Assembly (NCBI GenBank): GCA_016932615.1 | Contig: JAFGCN010000027.1 | Location: 15,277 to 79,276, forward strand | Reading direction: 5' to 3' | Length of the DNA: 64,000 bases | Source: Candidatus Aenigmatarchaeota archaeon | GTDB lineage: Archaea > Aenigmatarchaeota > Aenigmatarchaeia > QMZS01 | In this document: piece by piece, positions 19,366 through 28,990 of the stretch | How the letters are laid out: each line of letters begins with the position of its first letter | How positions within the stretch are numbered: position 1 is the stretch's first letter | The notes under the pieces: generated by a model | The model's input: only the letters and a program-made list of their open reading frames with translations | Databases searched by the model: none | What the model was told of the DNA's origin: nothing | Translations under genes and position numbers: made by a program

Positions 19366-19560
19366 TTATACCTTAAATTTGGCTATTTCCTTGATGTTGT
19401 CCGAGTGCGTAAGAAATGTTGTTCTGCAGCAGTATCTTTTAAGCCCTATCTGGTCCATGACCTCTCCGGGCTTTTCTCCATTCTCGGTCTTTTTCTTGTA
19501 GTCAGACCAAAGATGGCCGATTACTTTTCCGCAGGTGAAACATCGAACAGGTATTATCAT
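19366..19560 (-). CDS. rpoN: DNA-directed RNA polymerase subunit N (Rpb10).
   Basis: MIIPVRCFTCGKVIGHLWSDY...YCCRTTFLTH, 64 aa with zinc-bundle cysteines. It is the C-terminal part of track ORF 19366-19944. Its stop lies 1 nt from the trx start codon. Confidence 0.8.
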   Translation of the reverse strand: MIIPVRCFTCGKVIGHLWSDYKKKTENGEKPGEVMDQIGLKRYCCRTTFLTHSDNIKEIAKFKV

Positions 19561-19660
19561 TAAATATACTTGGCTAAATAATTTAAAAAGGCATTTTAGC
19601 CCCTTTAGCTTTCCAAAGCCGTGGAAAACACCATTAAAAGCTTTTCCTCCATATAATGAA
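19561..19660. promoter_or_regulatory. Divergent promoter region between rpoN and rpl13, with several TATA-like boxes.
   Basis: taaatatactt, taaataatttaaaaa and ccatataatg elements in a 100-bp AT-rich spacer. Confidence 0.3.
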
Positions 19661-20080
19661 ATGAGAGTTATAAACGCTGAAGGGTGCGTCCTTGGGAGGA
19701 TGGCCGTTGAAGTGGCAAAACTTGCCCGTTCCGGAGAGGAAGTGGCAGTCGTAAACGCAGAGAGGGCCATAATTTCAGGCGCAAGGGATGCGGTTTTCCA
19801 TAAATATGAAGTAAGGAGGCACAGGGGTTGCCCTGAGCATGGCCCTTTTTTCCCAAGAGGCCCTGCAGAGATAGTTAGAAGGTCGGTTAGGGGAATGGTC
19901 CAGATAAGGTCTCCTGAAGGAAAACAGGCCTTTTCAAGAGTCAAGGTTTACGTTGGCGTCCCTGAGGAGTTCAAGGACAAAAAACTGGAGGTTTTCGGGA
20001 AGACCGCAGATAAGATAGACTGCGAGTTTGTCCTTATCGGCGAATTAAGTAAGCATTTGGGTTATGATTATGGCAAGTGA
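19661..20080 (+). CDS. rpl13: Ribosomal protein uL13.
   Basis: MRVINAEGCVLGRMAVEVAKL... is a typical archaeal uL13 N-terminus. The track ORF starts upstream at 19535, but the ATG at 19661 fits the expected length of 139 aa. Confidence 0.8.
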   Translation: MRVINAEGCVLGRMAVEVAKLARSGEEVAVVNAERAIISGARDAVFHKYEVRRHRGCPEHGPFFPRGPAEIVRRSVRGMVQIRSPEGKQAFSRVKVYVGVPEEFKDKKLEVFGKTADKIDCEFVLIGELSKHLGYDYGK

Positions 20081-20462
20081 AATCTTCGTTGGCAAAAGGC
20101 GTTTGGCAGTTTCAAGGGTAAAGCTTACCCCCGGAAACAAGAGGATTGTCCTTAATGACAAGCTCCTTGAGGCCTACCCGAAGACAATTCAGCTCAAGAT
20201 TCAGGAGCCGCTTATAGTTATTGGTGAAGATGGCTTTGACATCAGGATAAACGCTGCAGGAGGCGGAATAATCTCCCAGGCAGAGGCAGCAGCCCAGGGC
20301 ATTGCCCGTGCAATTGTCTCCCTTAAAGGGGACGAGGCAAAAAAGGCATTTTTGGATTATGACCGGGCTCTCTTGGTTCAGGACCCCAGAAGGGCCGAGC
20401 CGCACAAGCCCTCCAGGTCAAAGAAGGGAGCCAGGCGCCACAAGCAGAGAAGCAAGCGATAG
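20064..20462 (+). CDS. rps9: Ribosomal protein uS9.
   Basis: GKRRLAVSRVKLTPGNKRIVLN... and a C-terminal basic tail RSKKGARRHKQRSKR. It overlaps rpl13 by 17 nt. Confidence 0.85.
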   Translation: MIMASEIFVGKRRLAVSRVKLTPGNKRIVLNDKLLEAYPKTIQLKIQEPLIVIGEDGFDIRINAAGGGIISQAEAAAQGIARAIVSLKGDEAKKAFLDYDRALLVQDPRRAEPHKPSRSKKGARRHKQRSKR

Positions 20463-20510
20463 TTTAGCCAATTTGTAGAGATGGGCTTTTGAACTTTTTT
20501 TAAATAAGTT

Positions 20511-23500
20511 ATGGAATCTGAGGATAAAAGCTATGACCCAAAAATTGTCGAAAAAAGGGTTTCTCTGGCGTGGAGTGAAAAGAAAGTCCCCGAGAGCATA
20601 GTTTCCTCAAAAAGGGAGAAAAAATTTTACCTTCTTGACGGCCCTCCTTACGTAAACGCCCCGGCTCACGTGGGACACGTAAAGACAACAACCTTCAAGG
20701 ATATCTGGGGAAAATTCAAGTTCATGCAGGGCTATGGCGTGTGGTTTCAGCCGGGATTCGATTGCGGCGGGCTTCCAATTGAAAACAAGGTGGAGCAAAA
20801 GCTTGGCCTCCGGTGCAAGGCAGATATCGAAAAGGCGGGAATCGGGAAATTCATTAAGGAGTGCAGGGTTTTTGCCAGGGGGCACGAGACCGAATGGCTT
20901 GACCTCTACAGGAAAATCGGCGCCTGGAGGGGATACGTCGAGCCGTACCTGACTTCTGAAAATTACTACCGGGAGAGCGGCTGGTGGACAATAAAGAAGA
21001 TTTTCGAGAAGGGGCTTTTGGCGAGGGGCGAAAAGCCGACCTTCTGGTGCCCGCACTGCGAGACCGTGCTAAGCGGCTATGATGTTACCGACTCCTACAA
21101 GGAAATCGAAAGCCCTTCGATTTACATTAAGTTCAAGGCCAAGGGAAAGGAAAACGAGTTCTTCCTTGCCTGGACTACCACCCCCTGGACGCTTCCTGCC
21201 AATGTTTCCCTGTGCGTCCACCCGGACGAGACTTATGTAAGGGCTGAAGTGGGCGGCGAGATTTTCATAATGGCAAAGGACCGCCTTGACCTTCTTGAAA
21301 ATTTGGGGTGGGGCTACAGAATCTTAGAGGAGTTCCCTGGAAAGAAGCTTGAAGGAACCCCTTACGAGTCGCTTATTGACATCCCAATCCAGGCGGAAAT
21401 AGACCACCGCGTAATTCTTTCGATTCCTTTGATGAAAAAGAAGGTGTCCGGAAAAGTGGCTGCCAAAAAGGAAACTGCGGCAGACGAGGAGACACAGTTT
21501 GGCCACCTTGTTGACATAAGCACCGGAACAGGAATTGTCCACATCGCCCCCGGGCACGGTGAGGAGGACTACCGGATTGGAGAGCACTATGGCCTTTCGT
21601 CAATCTCCCCGGTTGATGAGGCGGGAAAATTGTCTGAAGGCACCGGAAAGTTCGAGGGAATCACGACCGACGAGGCGAATGTCTCAGTTTTGGATTATCT
21701 GAAGGAGAAAAACGCGCTTTTCCACAGCGAAAGAATCGTCCACTCGTACCCGCTTTGCTGGAGGTGCAAGACCCCGCTTATCTACAGGAAGACCAAGCAG
21801 TGGTTTTTGAAGCTTGATACGATTAGGGACAAGATGCTTCACGAAAACAAGTCTGTGAGGTGGCTTCCTTCATTTGCCGGCGAGCAATACCACAATGTCG
21901 TAGCGTCTTCCCCTGACTGGGCGATAACTAGGCAGAGGTACTGGGGAATTCCTTTCCCTCTCTGGGTCTGCAGGGATTGCGGCAGGATGAAGATGATTGG
22001 AAGCGTCGAGGAACTGAAGGAAAATGCAGTTTGCAAAGTGCCAGACGACCTGCAGCTTTCAGTCGACTATGTTGATGGCATTAAGTTCAAATGCGAGTGC
22101 GGAGGCGTTATGGAAAGGGAGAGGGAAGTTATGGATGTATGGTTTGATTCAGGAATTGCCCCCTGGGCATCTATTGGTTACCCTTACCAGAACAAGGATC
22201 TGTTTGAGAAGATGTGGAAGGTGGATATGATTACGGAAGGGATAGACCAGATAAGGGGTTGGTTTAATTCCCTGATGGTCTATTCGGTTGCTACCTTTGG
22301 GGAGGGATCTTACAAGGCAGTTGGGCTTAGTGGCTGGAACCTGGACGAGAAGGGGGAGAAAATGTCGAAATCCCTTGGAAACGTCGTTTGGGGGAAAGAT
22401 GCATACAATGACCTTGGGGCTGACATCCTGCGGCTATATGTTTGCTACACAAATGCCCCCTGGGAGGCACAGAGGTTTTCGCTTGAGGAAGCAGGCCAAC
22501 TCAAAAATACCCTGAACACCCTCTGGAACCTTTCGGCTTACCTTGAGACTTATGGCAGGAAAATCGAGGGCGGAAATGGTGTGGCGCTTGAAAATATCGC
22601 TGACCTTTGGCTTGTTTCAAGAATCAACACCCTGGTCGAGGAAGTAACTGACGACCTGGAGAACTTCCGGTTTCACTACGCGTCAAGAAAGCTCATGAAG
22701 TTTTTGATAAACGACTTTTCGCGGCTTTATGTGAAGCTTGTCAGGAGCAGGATTGCAAAGGAAGAGGAAGTCTCCTGCGCCTTCCAGTACGCTCTTATGC
22801 GGCTCGTAAAGCTTCTTGCGCCTTTTGCCCCGTTTTTGTCAGACGAAATCTGGATGAGGTCATTTGAGGGCTCGGTCCATATGTCAGAGTGGCCGGAGTG
22901 TGACAAAAAGAGGGTTGACAAAAAGCTCGAGGAAAGCTTTGAGCTTGCCAAAGAGATAACCGAGGCGATAAACGCCGAGAGGCAGAAGAATGGAGTGGGC
23001 TTAAGGCACCCGGTCCTGAAGGCAACCGTTTATGGAGGAAAAAACGTAAAGGAAGCGGTCAATCAGACCAAAGAAATTGTGCTTACTTTGTCAAACCTGA
23101 AGAACGTGGAGTTTACGGAAAGCGACAATGTCGAGATAAAGCCGAACTTTGCAACCCTTGGAAAGAAATTCGGAAAAGACACTCAAGCTGTTGCAAAGCT
23201 GATTTTGGCGCTTACTTCAAGCCAGGTCAAGGACGAAATGGACCTTGGAGGATTTAAGGTGGAAAAGTCTGACCTCATAATCAGACAAAAGCCGGTTGAG
23301 GGGACAACCTTTTCTGAAGGGTATGTGGCACTTGACCTGACCGAGACGCAGGAGCTTAAGGAGGAGCGCCTTTTAAGGGAGCTTGTCAGGGAAATCCAGA
23401 AGGCAAGAAAAGACGCGGGGCTAAAGGTTTCCGACAGCATAGCACTGGGACTTGAGGACAAGCCGTTTTTGAAGCGGTTCGAGGAGGAAATAAAGGAGGA

Positions 23501-23597
23501 AGTCGGGGCTTCTTCAGTGAAATATTCCGTAACTGACGGGAAGGGCTTTGGGGAGTACAAGGACCTGAAAGTCGGGTTTGGGTTTAAGAAGGCGTAG
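20511..23597 (+). CDS. ileS: Isoleucyl-tRNA synthetase.
   Basis: 1028 aa. HVGH motif (APAHVGHVKT) and KMSKS motif (GEKMSKSLGN), with CP1 editing and zinc-binding regions. Confidence 0.95.
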   Translation: MESEDKSYDPKIVEKRVSLAWSEKKVPESIVSSKREKKFYLLDGPPYVNAPAHVGHVKTTTFKDIWGKFKFMQGYGVWFQPGFDCGGLPIENKVEQKLGLRCKADIEKAGIGKFIKECRVFARGHETEWLDLYRKIGAWRGYVEPYLTSENYYRESGWWTIKKIFEKGLLARGEKPTFWCPHCETVLSGYDVTDSYKEIESPSIYIKFKAKGKENEFFLAWTTTPWTLPANVSLCVHPDETYVRAEVGGEIFIMAKDRLDLLENLGWGYRILEEFPGKKLEGTPYESLIDIPIQAEIDHRVILSIPLMKKKVSGKVAAKKETAADEETQFGHLVDISTGTGIVHIAPGHGEEDYRIGEHYGLSSISPVDEAGKLSEGTGKFEGITTDEANVSVLDYLKEKNALFHSERIVHSYPLCWRCKTPLIYRKTKQWFLKLDTIRDKMLHENKSVRWLPSFAGEQYHNVVASSPDWAITRQRYWGIPFPLWVCRDCGRMKMIGSVEELKENAVCKVPDDLQLSVDYVDGIKFKCECGGVMEREREVMDVWFDSGIAPWASIGYPYQNKDLFEKMWKVDMITEGIDQIRGWFNSLMVYSVATFGEGSYKAVGLSGWNLDEKGEKMSKSLGNVVWGKDAYNDLGADILRLYVCYTNAPWEAQRFSLEEAGQLKNTLNTLWNLSAYLETYGRKIEGGNGVALENIADLWLVSRINTLVEEVTDDLENFRFHYASRKLMKFLINDFSRLYVKLVRSRIAKEEEVSCAFQYALMRLVKLLAPFAPFLSDEIWMRSFEGSVHMSEWPECDKKRVDKKLEESFELAKEITEAINAERQKNGVGLRHPVLKATVYGGKNVKEAVNQTKEIVLTLSNLKNVEFTESDNVEIKPNFATLGKKFGKDTQAVAKLILALTSSQVKDEMDLGGFKVEKSDLIIRQKPVEGTTFSEGYVALDLTETQELKEERLLRELVREIQKARKDAGLKVSDSIALGLEDKPFLKRFEEEIKEEVGASSVKYSVTDGKGFGEYKDLKVGFGFKKA

Positions 23598-23706
23598 GGA
23601 TTATCGGGCTTAAGGCAGAACGTTTTTATGAATCATTGAGCAGTGCGTCGATTGCACTCCAAGCCACCTGGCTTTAAGGGTTAAATAGTATCCGGTTTCT
23701 AATTAT

Positions 23707-24468
23707 ATGGCGGAAAACAAAACCTTCAATGGAATAAATGTGACCCTGGTCGAGGATAAGGAAGAGATGACAAAAGTTGCAGCAGAGATTATCCTGGAAA
23801 GGATGAAATCAGCAAATCCGCTAAAGCTGTTGGTGCCGACAGGGACAACTCCCGAAGGGGTTTATGAGCTTTTAAGCCGGCAGGGCGCAGAGGTCCTTTC
23901 CAATGCCATTTTTTTCAATATGGACGAATACGGCCATCTGGAAAATGGGGTTTTCAGGTTTGTTTCCGAAGACCACCCGGCATCATACAGAAAATATATG
24001 AATGAGCGATTATTCTCGAAAATTGCCCCCCGGCCAAGGCATTATTTTCCGGGAATCGAGAACGCAAAGACGCCCGGCCATTACGATGAATTGATTGAAA
24101 ACCTGGGAGGGATTGACCTGTGCCTGAATGCTATGGGCGAGGATGGGCACATCTTTGGATTTAATTCCCCGCCCGAATCGGGCTTTGGCTCTGTGACAAG
24201 AATGGTCAAATTGACCGAAGACACGCAAAGCGTCAACCAGGGCTTGACGGGGCTGGAAACGCCCAGCCACGCTGTCACGGTTGGCCTGAAAACGGGGATG
24301 GCTTCAAAGGAAATCCTGTTTTTGGTGTGCGGGGAGAGAAAGGCGGATATTCTCCGAAAAGTCCTGTATTCCCCTGAGCCCACAGAAGAAATTCCAGCCA
24401 CGATACTTGCAAAACACCCCAACTGCCACTGGATTGTGGACAAGGCAGCGGCCAGCAAGCTTAACTGA
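23707..24468 (+). CDS. nagB: Glucosamine-6-phosphate deaminase / 6-phosphogluconolactonase family.
   Basis: LVPTGTTPEGVY and FFNMDEY motifs of the NagB/Pgl fold. Confidence 0.65.
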   Translation: MAENKTFNGINVTLVEDKEEMTKVAAEIILERMKSANPLKLLVPTGTTPEGVYELLSRQGAEVLSNAIFFNMDEYGHLENGVFRFVSEDHPASYRKYMNERLFSKIAPRPRHYFPGIENAKTPGHYDELIENLGGIDLCLNAMGEDGHIFGFNSPPESGFGSVTRMVKLTEDTQSVNQGLTGLETPSHAVTVGLKTGMASKEILFLVCGERKADILRKVLYSPEPTEEIPATILAKHPNCHWIVDKAAASKLN

Positions 24469-24500
24469 AGGGGCCCTAAGTCAGCAGAGCAAAAAGAACG

Positions 24501-25166
24501 TTATTGCTTTTCATTGATGACAAACCATTCACCTTCGCTAATCACTTCAATCTTATTGCCAATAATTTTCAGCGCGGAATTATCGTCAAGCGCATAGATT
24601 TTTCTGCTTATTTCCTGCCCGACTTTTTCTATGTTTTCTTTCCTCACTTTCTTGAACCATTCGGAGTTCAGGTGCGGCAGGAAATAAAAATCTACGAAAT
24701 TCAGGCCCTTTAATTCTTCGGTTTCCAGCATGTCTTCTTCAAAGAGCTCTTGCGATAGCTTTAATGACAGGTCGGGGTTTGTCACCATGCTTCCGGCGCT
24801 AAGGCCGACATACACCTTATCCTTCAATAGTTCGGGCAATGCCTTAGCCAAGCCGGACTTGTTCAGCCATCTCATCAGGTGGTAGGTGTTTCCGCCTTCA
24901 AAAAACAAAACGTCCGCCCTTTCCAGGCTTGGCTTCCAGATGGTTTCATCGACTGCCGAGATGTCAGTAATCTCGATGGCCTTGAAATTCAGTTTTTTCA
25001 GGTTAATCAGGTCGGCAATTAGCCAGCTTTTGTCCCCGGCTTCAGCATTGCTTGCGGTTGGAATAAAAACAAGGGTTGTTTCTTCTGGTCTTTTGCCAGT
25101 CATTTCAAACAGGGCACTGGCGATTGAATCATTGGTAAGCCCCATTGATGTCAGCAACAGTTTCAT
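24501..25166 (-). CDS. Peptidase family S51 (dipeptidase E / cyanophycinase-like).
   Basis: IPTAS...LFFEGGNTYHLMRWLNKSGL...VYVGLSAGSMV is the S51 catalytic Ser-His arrangement. Confidence 0.7.
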   Translation of the reverse strand: MKLLLTSMGLTNDSIASALFEMTGKRPEETTLVFIPTASNAEAGDKSWLIADLINLKKLNFKAIEITDISAVDETIWKPSLERADVLFFEGGNTYHLMRWLNKSGLAKALPELLKDKVYVGLSAGSMVTNPDLSLKLSQELFEEDMLETEELKGLNFVDFYFLPHLNSEWFKKVRKENIEKVGQEISRKIYALDDNSALKIIGNKIEVISEGEWFVINEKQ

Positions 25167-25336
25167 AATATTAGGTGGGGGAGGTATTAAAACTAACCTG
25201 AGGGGAGGTGGTGAAGTTTTTGCAGACCAAAAGCCGGCTTAGCCAAAGGACAAGGGAATTTGGGAGAGGCGAGGGTGGGCTGCTAAATTCTGGAGTAGGT
25301 CTTCGTTAATACAGCTAAGATGTAAACGGAGTGTTT

Positions 25337-26998
25337 CTAATCGGTGTACAGATTCATCAAGTCTTTTGCTTTAGCCATGATTAAACTGGCTCTTTGGTCA
25401 ATAAAGGAGTCATAATCGAGGTCTGCAAAATCTCTTGGAATTAACGATTCGTCGATATACTCATTAAAATGGCGCCTGTCAATTCGCCGAATATATTCGC
25501 TTGGTGCCTCATCCTTTATGGTATTGTTATCTCCTCGGGTTAAGAAACAAATATTGGCCAGCACATTTATTTTTCTTTTCTCAACACTACTTCGCTCCAA
25601 ATGCTTTTTGGGAAAAATGTGGTGAAATTCATGGGTATTTACTTTATTTAATACCCTTTCCAGCTTTATCGTTGTACCACTTACAAAAGAATGTGGCTCA
25701 AGTGAACCTAGTAAAAGAATTAACGTTTTTGAATCGGCACTTCCAGATGAGAACTTACTGTTCTTAAAGTCTACCTTAATTTCATCCAAAGGGTAATTGA
25801 AGCTATGATTTTCGTCATCCTTTAAAGCTTTAAACTCAGTAATATCAACAGCTTGCTTTTCATTAACGCCTGCAGAAAATCTTCGAGTAAAGACCGATCT
25901 CCAAAACCATTTCATCATTTTTTGTTTTTGCTTATCAGTATAAGGTGAACCTTCGGTTCTACAAGTTTCAAAGAAAACACTTAATGGGACAATGAGACCT
26001 GGGAACGGGAGCAATTTGTAATTCTTAATGTTTAATTCCCCTTTTAAGAAGTCAATTGCACCCAACATACCTCTCCTAATGTCTTCAAATCTTTCTCTAA
26101 TTTCTTGACCTTGCATTTCAAGGATTGCCTTGGGAGTAGTTTCTCCTCTAATAATCCCTGCACATATCCTTAATTGTAGGTCTCTATCTTTACACAACCC
26201 TTCGTACCCATGCTCTGCAATTTCTTCTTGAAGTTCGTCAAATTTTTCAACCAGGTCAAAATCTTCCGACCAGCTCCATGCGGACAAAAGTTGAAAGATG
26301 TCTAGCTCTGTACCCGCCCGATTTATTCTTTCAAAAACAATGGCTACACTATTCCGATCTTGTGACTCAAATGTCTCGTTGGGTATTAAGTATTCCTTAA
26401 ATCGGTCTTGAAGATTATCGATTTCTAATTTTTGCTTATCGGATAGCTTTTCCGTTGCTTTTCTATAACCTACCGTATCAAATAATACCTTCATGGGAAA
26501 ATATCTGTTTGAATCAACCTCTGATTCGTCAAGCGCTACAAATAACGATTCTTGGATACTTTCTTTAGCCTCCAAGTCAAAATATATATCCACCCATTCA
26601 TCATCTACTGGTGTAAGAGTGGTTTGAAAAACGCTAAATAAGCTAGTGATTCTTTGTTGCCCATCTAACACATAATTTACAGGATAATCTTTTAGCGGTT
26701 GAGGCAGAACAAATCTTCCCAGATCTTTTTCTGTTGTAAGGCGAGTATCAGTTTTCCATAAAATGATGGTTCCTATCGGAAAACCTTTGTAAATGCTATC
26801 TAGCAAAAATGCTACTTGATCAGGTTCCCAAACAAAATCTCGTTGAAAGGCCGGGATTCTTATATCTCCTGAAGAAATTCTCTCAATCAACTTCCTAATC
26901 GTAAGAGGGTCTCCCATTATAGTAGTTATATGGAATACCTCTGTACTCGGTCGTTTTCTGTTGATTTTAGACCCCTTGTTGAGTGCAACACTGTTCAA
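25337..26998 (-). CDS. DUF262-DUF1524 fusion protein: an N-terminal ParB/Srx-like NTPase domain and a C-terminal His-Me finger (HNH-like) nuclease, as in the GmrSD/SspE/BrxU family. Putative modification-dependent restriction or defence nuclease.
   Basis: N-terminal FQRDFVWEPDQVAFLLDSIYKGFPIGTIILW and DGQQRITSLF (DUF262 hallmarks). C-terminal HEFHHIFPKKHLERSSVEKRKINVLANICFLTRGDNNTIKDE (DUF1524-type H..H/N..N motif). The ORF begins at TTG (26998), and the first ATG is at 26917. Confidence 0.75.
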   Translation of the reverse strand: MNSVALNKGSKINRKRPSTEVFHITTIMGDPLTIRKLIERISSGDIRIPAFQRDFVWEPDQVAFLLDSIYKGFPIGTIILWKTDTRLTTEKDLGRFVLPQPLKDYPVNYVLDGQQRITSLFSVFQTTLTPVDDEWVDIYFDLEAKESIQESLFVALDESEVDSNRYFPMKVLFDTVGYRKATEKLSDKQKLEIDNLQDRFKEYLIPNETFESQDRNSVAIVFERINRAGTELDIFQLLSAWSWSEDFDLVEKFDELQEEIAEHGYEGLCKDRDLQLRICAGIIRGETTPKAILEMQGQEIRERFEDIRRGMLGAIDFLKGELNIKNYKLLPFPGLIVPLSVFFETCRTEGSPYTDKQKQKMMKWFWRSVFTRRFSAGVNEKQAVDITEFKALKDDENHSFNYPLDEIKVDFKNSKFSSGSADSKTLILLLGSLEPHSFVSGTTIKLERVLNKVNTHEFHHIFPKKHLERSSVEKRKINVLANICFLTRGDNNTIKDEAPSEYIRRIDRRHFNEYIDESLIPRDFADLDYDSFIDQRASLIMAKAKDLMNLYTD

Positions 26999-27033
26999 AA
27001 AACACGCAATAAATAACTCAAAAAAGGTTTTTT

Positions 27034-28110
27034 ATGGCGGAAAATGGAAATCCCCCCGGCGTTATGATTGTTGGCTATGGAGACATGGGAAAAATCCACT
27101 ACAAAAACCTTTTGCCCCTTCAGGAGGAGGGAAAGGTAAAAATTTCCTCGGTTGTTGACAGGGACTATTCCAAGGTGGAGGGGCTTGGCCCAATAGGATA
27201 CGAAAGCGTGCAGCAGGCGCTTGAAGAGACAAAGCCAGACATCGCCCTGGTCGTGGTCAACACGGATACTCACGCTGAGGTTATCGGCGAGCTAATCGAA
27301 TACGCCGGTAAGGAAAAATCCCCCGCAATCTACTGCGAAACCCCTTTCGCGGAGTCTCTTTCTGAGGCGCTTCCCCTGGCAGAAAAGCTTACCGCTCTTG
27401 GCTATGGAAGCGAAATCCCCCTGGGCTTTGCCTACCTCATAAGGTATTCTCCGGCCACCGATGCCCTTATTTCTTACATAAACGACAAAAACCTTCCGGT
27501 CGAAAGCGTTGACATCGCCTGGAGAAAGCTTCGAAAGCCGGCCCGCCCGTCTGCGGGAGTCCACATAGACGAGACGACCCACTCGGCGGACACGGCTCTG
27601 CAGTACATACTTCCGATGACCGGAAACCGCGTAAAGGGAGTAGCCCTTGAAAAAATCCGCCAGGTTTACACCGACAGCATCATCGACAAGGAAAAGCAGA
27701 CCGAGCTTTACGGAAAAGGTTCAGAGAAGATGGTCCCGATGGCGGAAGTTGAGTACACATTGAAGTGCCTGACCGAAGGCGGGAAGCTGATTCCTCTTCA
27801 CGGCTTTTCGTCTTACATGAACCCTGATTTTGTCAGGAGAATCTCGGTTTCATGCGAAAACGGCGAAACCCTGACCACCTATTACGACAAGGCGGGAAAG
27901 GACGAGCTGACAGTCAGGAGAGAGGGTAAAGCTGGGGAGGAGATGCTCGGCTCGTGGAACATGAGCACCCCCGGGAAAAACCGCGTCCGAATGGAGCTTG
28001 AGGACTTCCTTGATTACTACAAAACCGGAAAGCGCTCTCCAAGAATCGCCGGCCTCGATAGTGCGCTCTTTGACCTTCAGGTGACGGGTCTTCTTGAGTC
28101 TTCGCCCTGA
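27034..28110 (+). CDS. Gfo/Idh/MocA family NAD(P)-dependent oxidoreductase.
   Basis: N-terminal Rossmann fold (VMIVGYGDMGKIHYKN) with EKP and a C-terminal alpha/beta domain. Confidence 0.65.
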   Translation: MAENGNPPGVMIVGYGDMGKIHYKNLLPLQEEGKVKISSVVDRDYSKVEGLGPIGYESVQQALEETKPDIALVVVNTDTHAEVIGELIEYAGKEKSPAIYCETPFAESLSEALPLAEKLTALGYGSEIPLGFAYLIRYSPATDALISYINDKNLPVESVDIAWRKLRKPARPSAGVHIDETTHSADTALQYILPMTGNRVKGVALEKIRQVYTDSIIDKEKQTELYGKGSEKMVPMAEVEYTLKCLTEGGKLIPLHGFSSYMNPDFVRRISVSCENGETLTTYYDKAGKDELTVRREGKAGEEMLGSWNMSTPGKNRVRMELEDFLDYYKTGKRSPRIAGLDSALFDLQVTGLLESSP

Positions 28111-28190
28111 AGCTGAAAATAAGCAGCCCTAATAAGCGCAGCAACGCCAACTTATGGTTTAAAGCCAATCCAGATAATGAGGGTTTCAAT

Positions 28191-28829
28191 ATGACAAAAA
28201 TTTTCATCTTTGGAGACAGCTTGCCTTATGGCAAGTGGGACTCTGAAAAAGCCGGGTGGGCAAACCGTTTGAGGGTCTGGCTTGACGAGAAAGTCCTTTC
28301 AGGCCACGGCTACTACGAGACGTTCAACTTCGGCGTGCCTGGCGACTTTTCGGAAGGTCTTTTGAACCGATTCGAGTCAGACCTGAAGCCAAGGTTTCGG
28401 GATGGCGAGGACATCGCGATAATTTTCCAGATTGGGATAAATGATACGCAGTTCATCCCCGCAAAAAGCGTCCTAAAGTCCACAAAGGAAGAGTTCGAAA
28501 AAAACATAGGCCACTTGGCGGCAATCGCCTTGAAGTACACGTCGAAAGTTGCTTTTCTGGGGCTCACCCCGATAGACGAGGAGAAGACGCTTACCGTTCC
28601 CTGGTACCACGACAGCTACTACAAGAACAAGTCCATCCAGGAATACAATGAAATTATAAAAGAAGTATGCGAGAAAAAACAGGTTTATTTCCTCGGCCTT
28701 TTCGAGAAATTAAACCAGAAAAAATATTTCGACAACCTTGTCGACGGGCTCCACCCGAACGCGCTCGGCCACGAGTGGCTTTTCAAGTTCGTAAGGGATT
28801 TTGTGCAGGACAAGAACTTCCTTGGGTAG
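28191..28829 (+). CDS. SGNH/GDSL hydrolase.
   Basis: IFIFGDSLPYG block I Ser, GINDT block III, and DGLHPN block V with the catalytic His. Confidence 0.7.
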   Translation: MTKIFIFGDSLPYGKWDSEKAGWANRLRVWLDEKVLSGHGYYETFNFGVPGDFSEGLLNRFESDLKPRFRDGEDIAIIFQIGINDTQFIPAKSVLKSTKEEFEKNIGHLAAIALKYTSKVAFLGLTPIDEEKTLTVPWYHDSYYKNKSIQEYNEIIKEVCEKKQVYFLGLFEKLNQKKYFDNLVDGLHPNALGHEWLFKFVRDFVQDKNFLG

Positions 28830-28990
28830 GGATGTGGTGTTTTTATCTCTCAGGTATTTTTGGAAAAATTTTCCTGCCAAATATGACGTAGTCCGAAAGT
28901 AACACTGCCGTATCCTTTTGCAACCACAAACCCTAAGTCAATTGACTTAGTTGGGCAAAACAATATTTAATTACTTGCCTAAGATTACCT

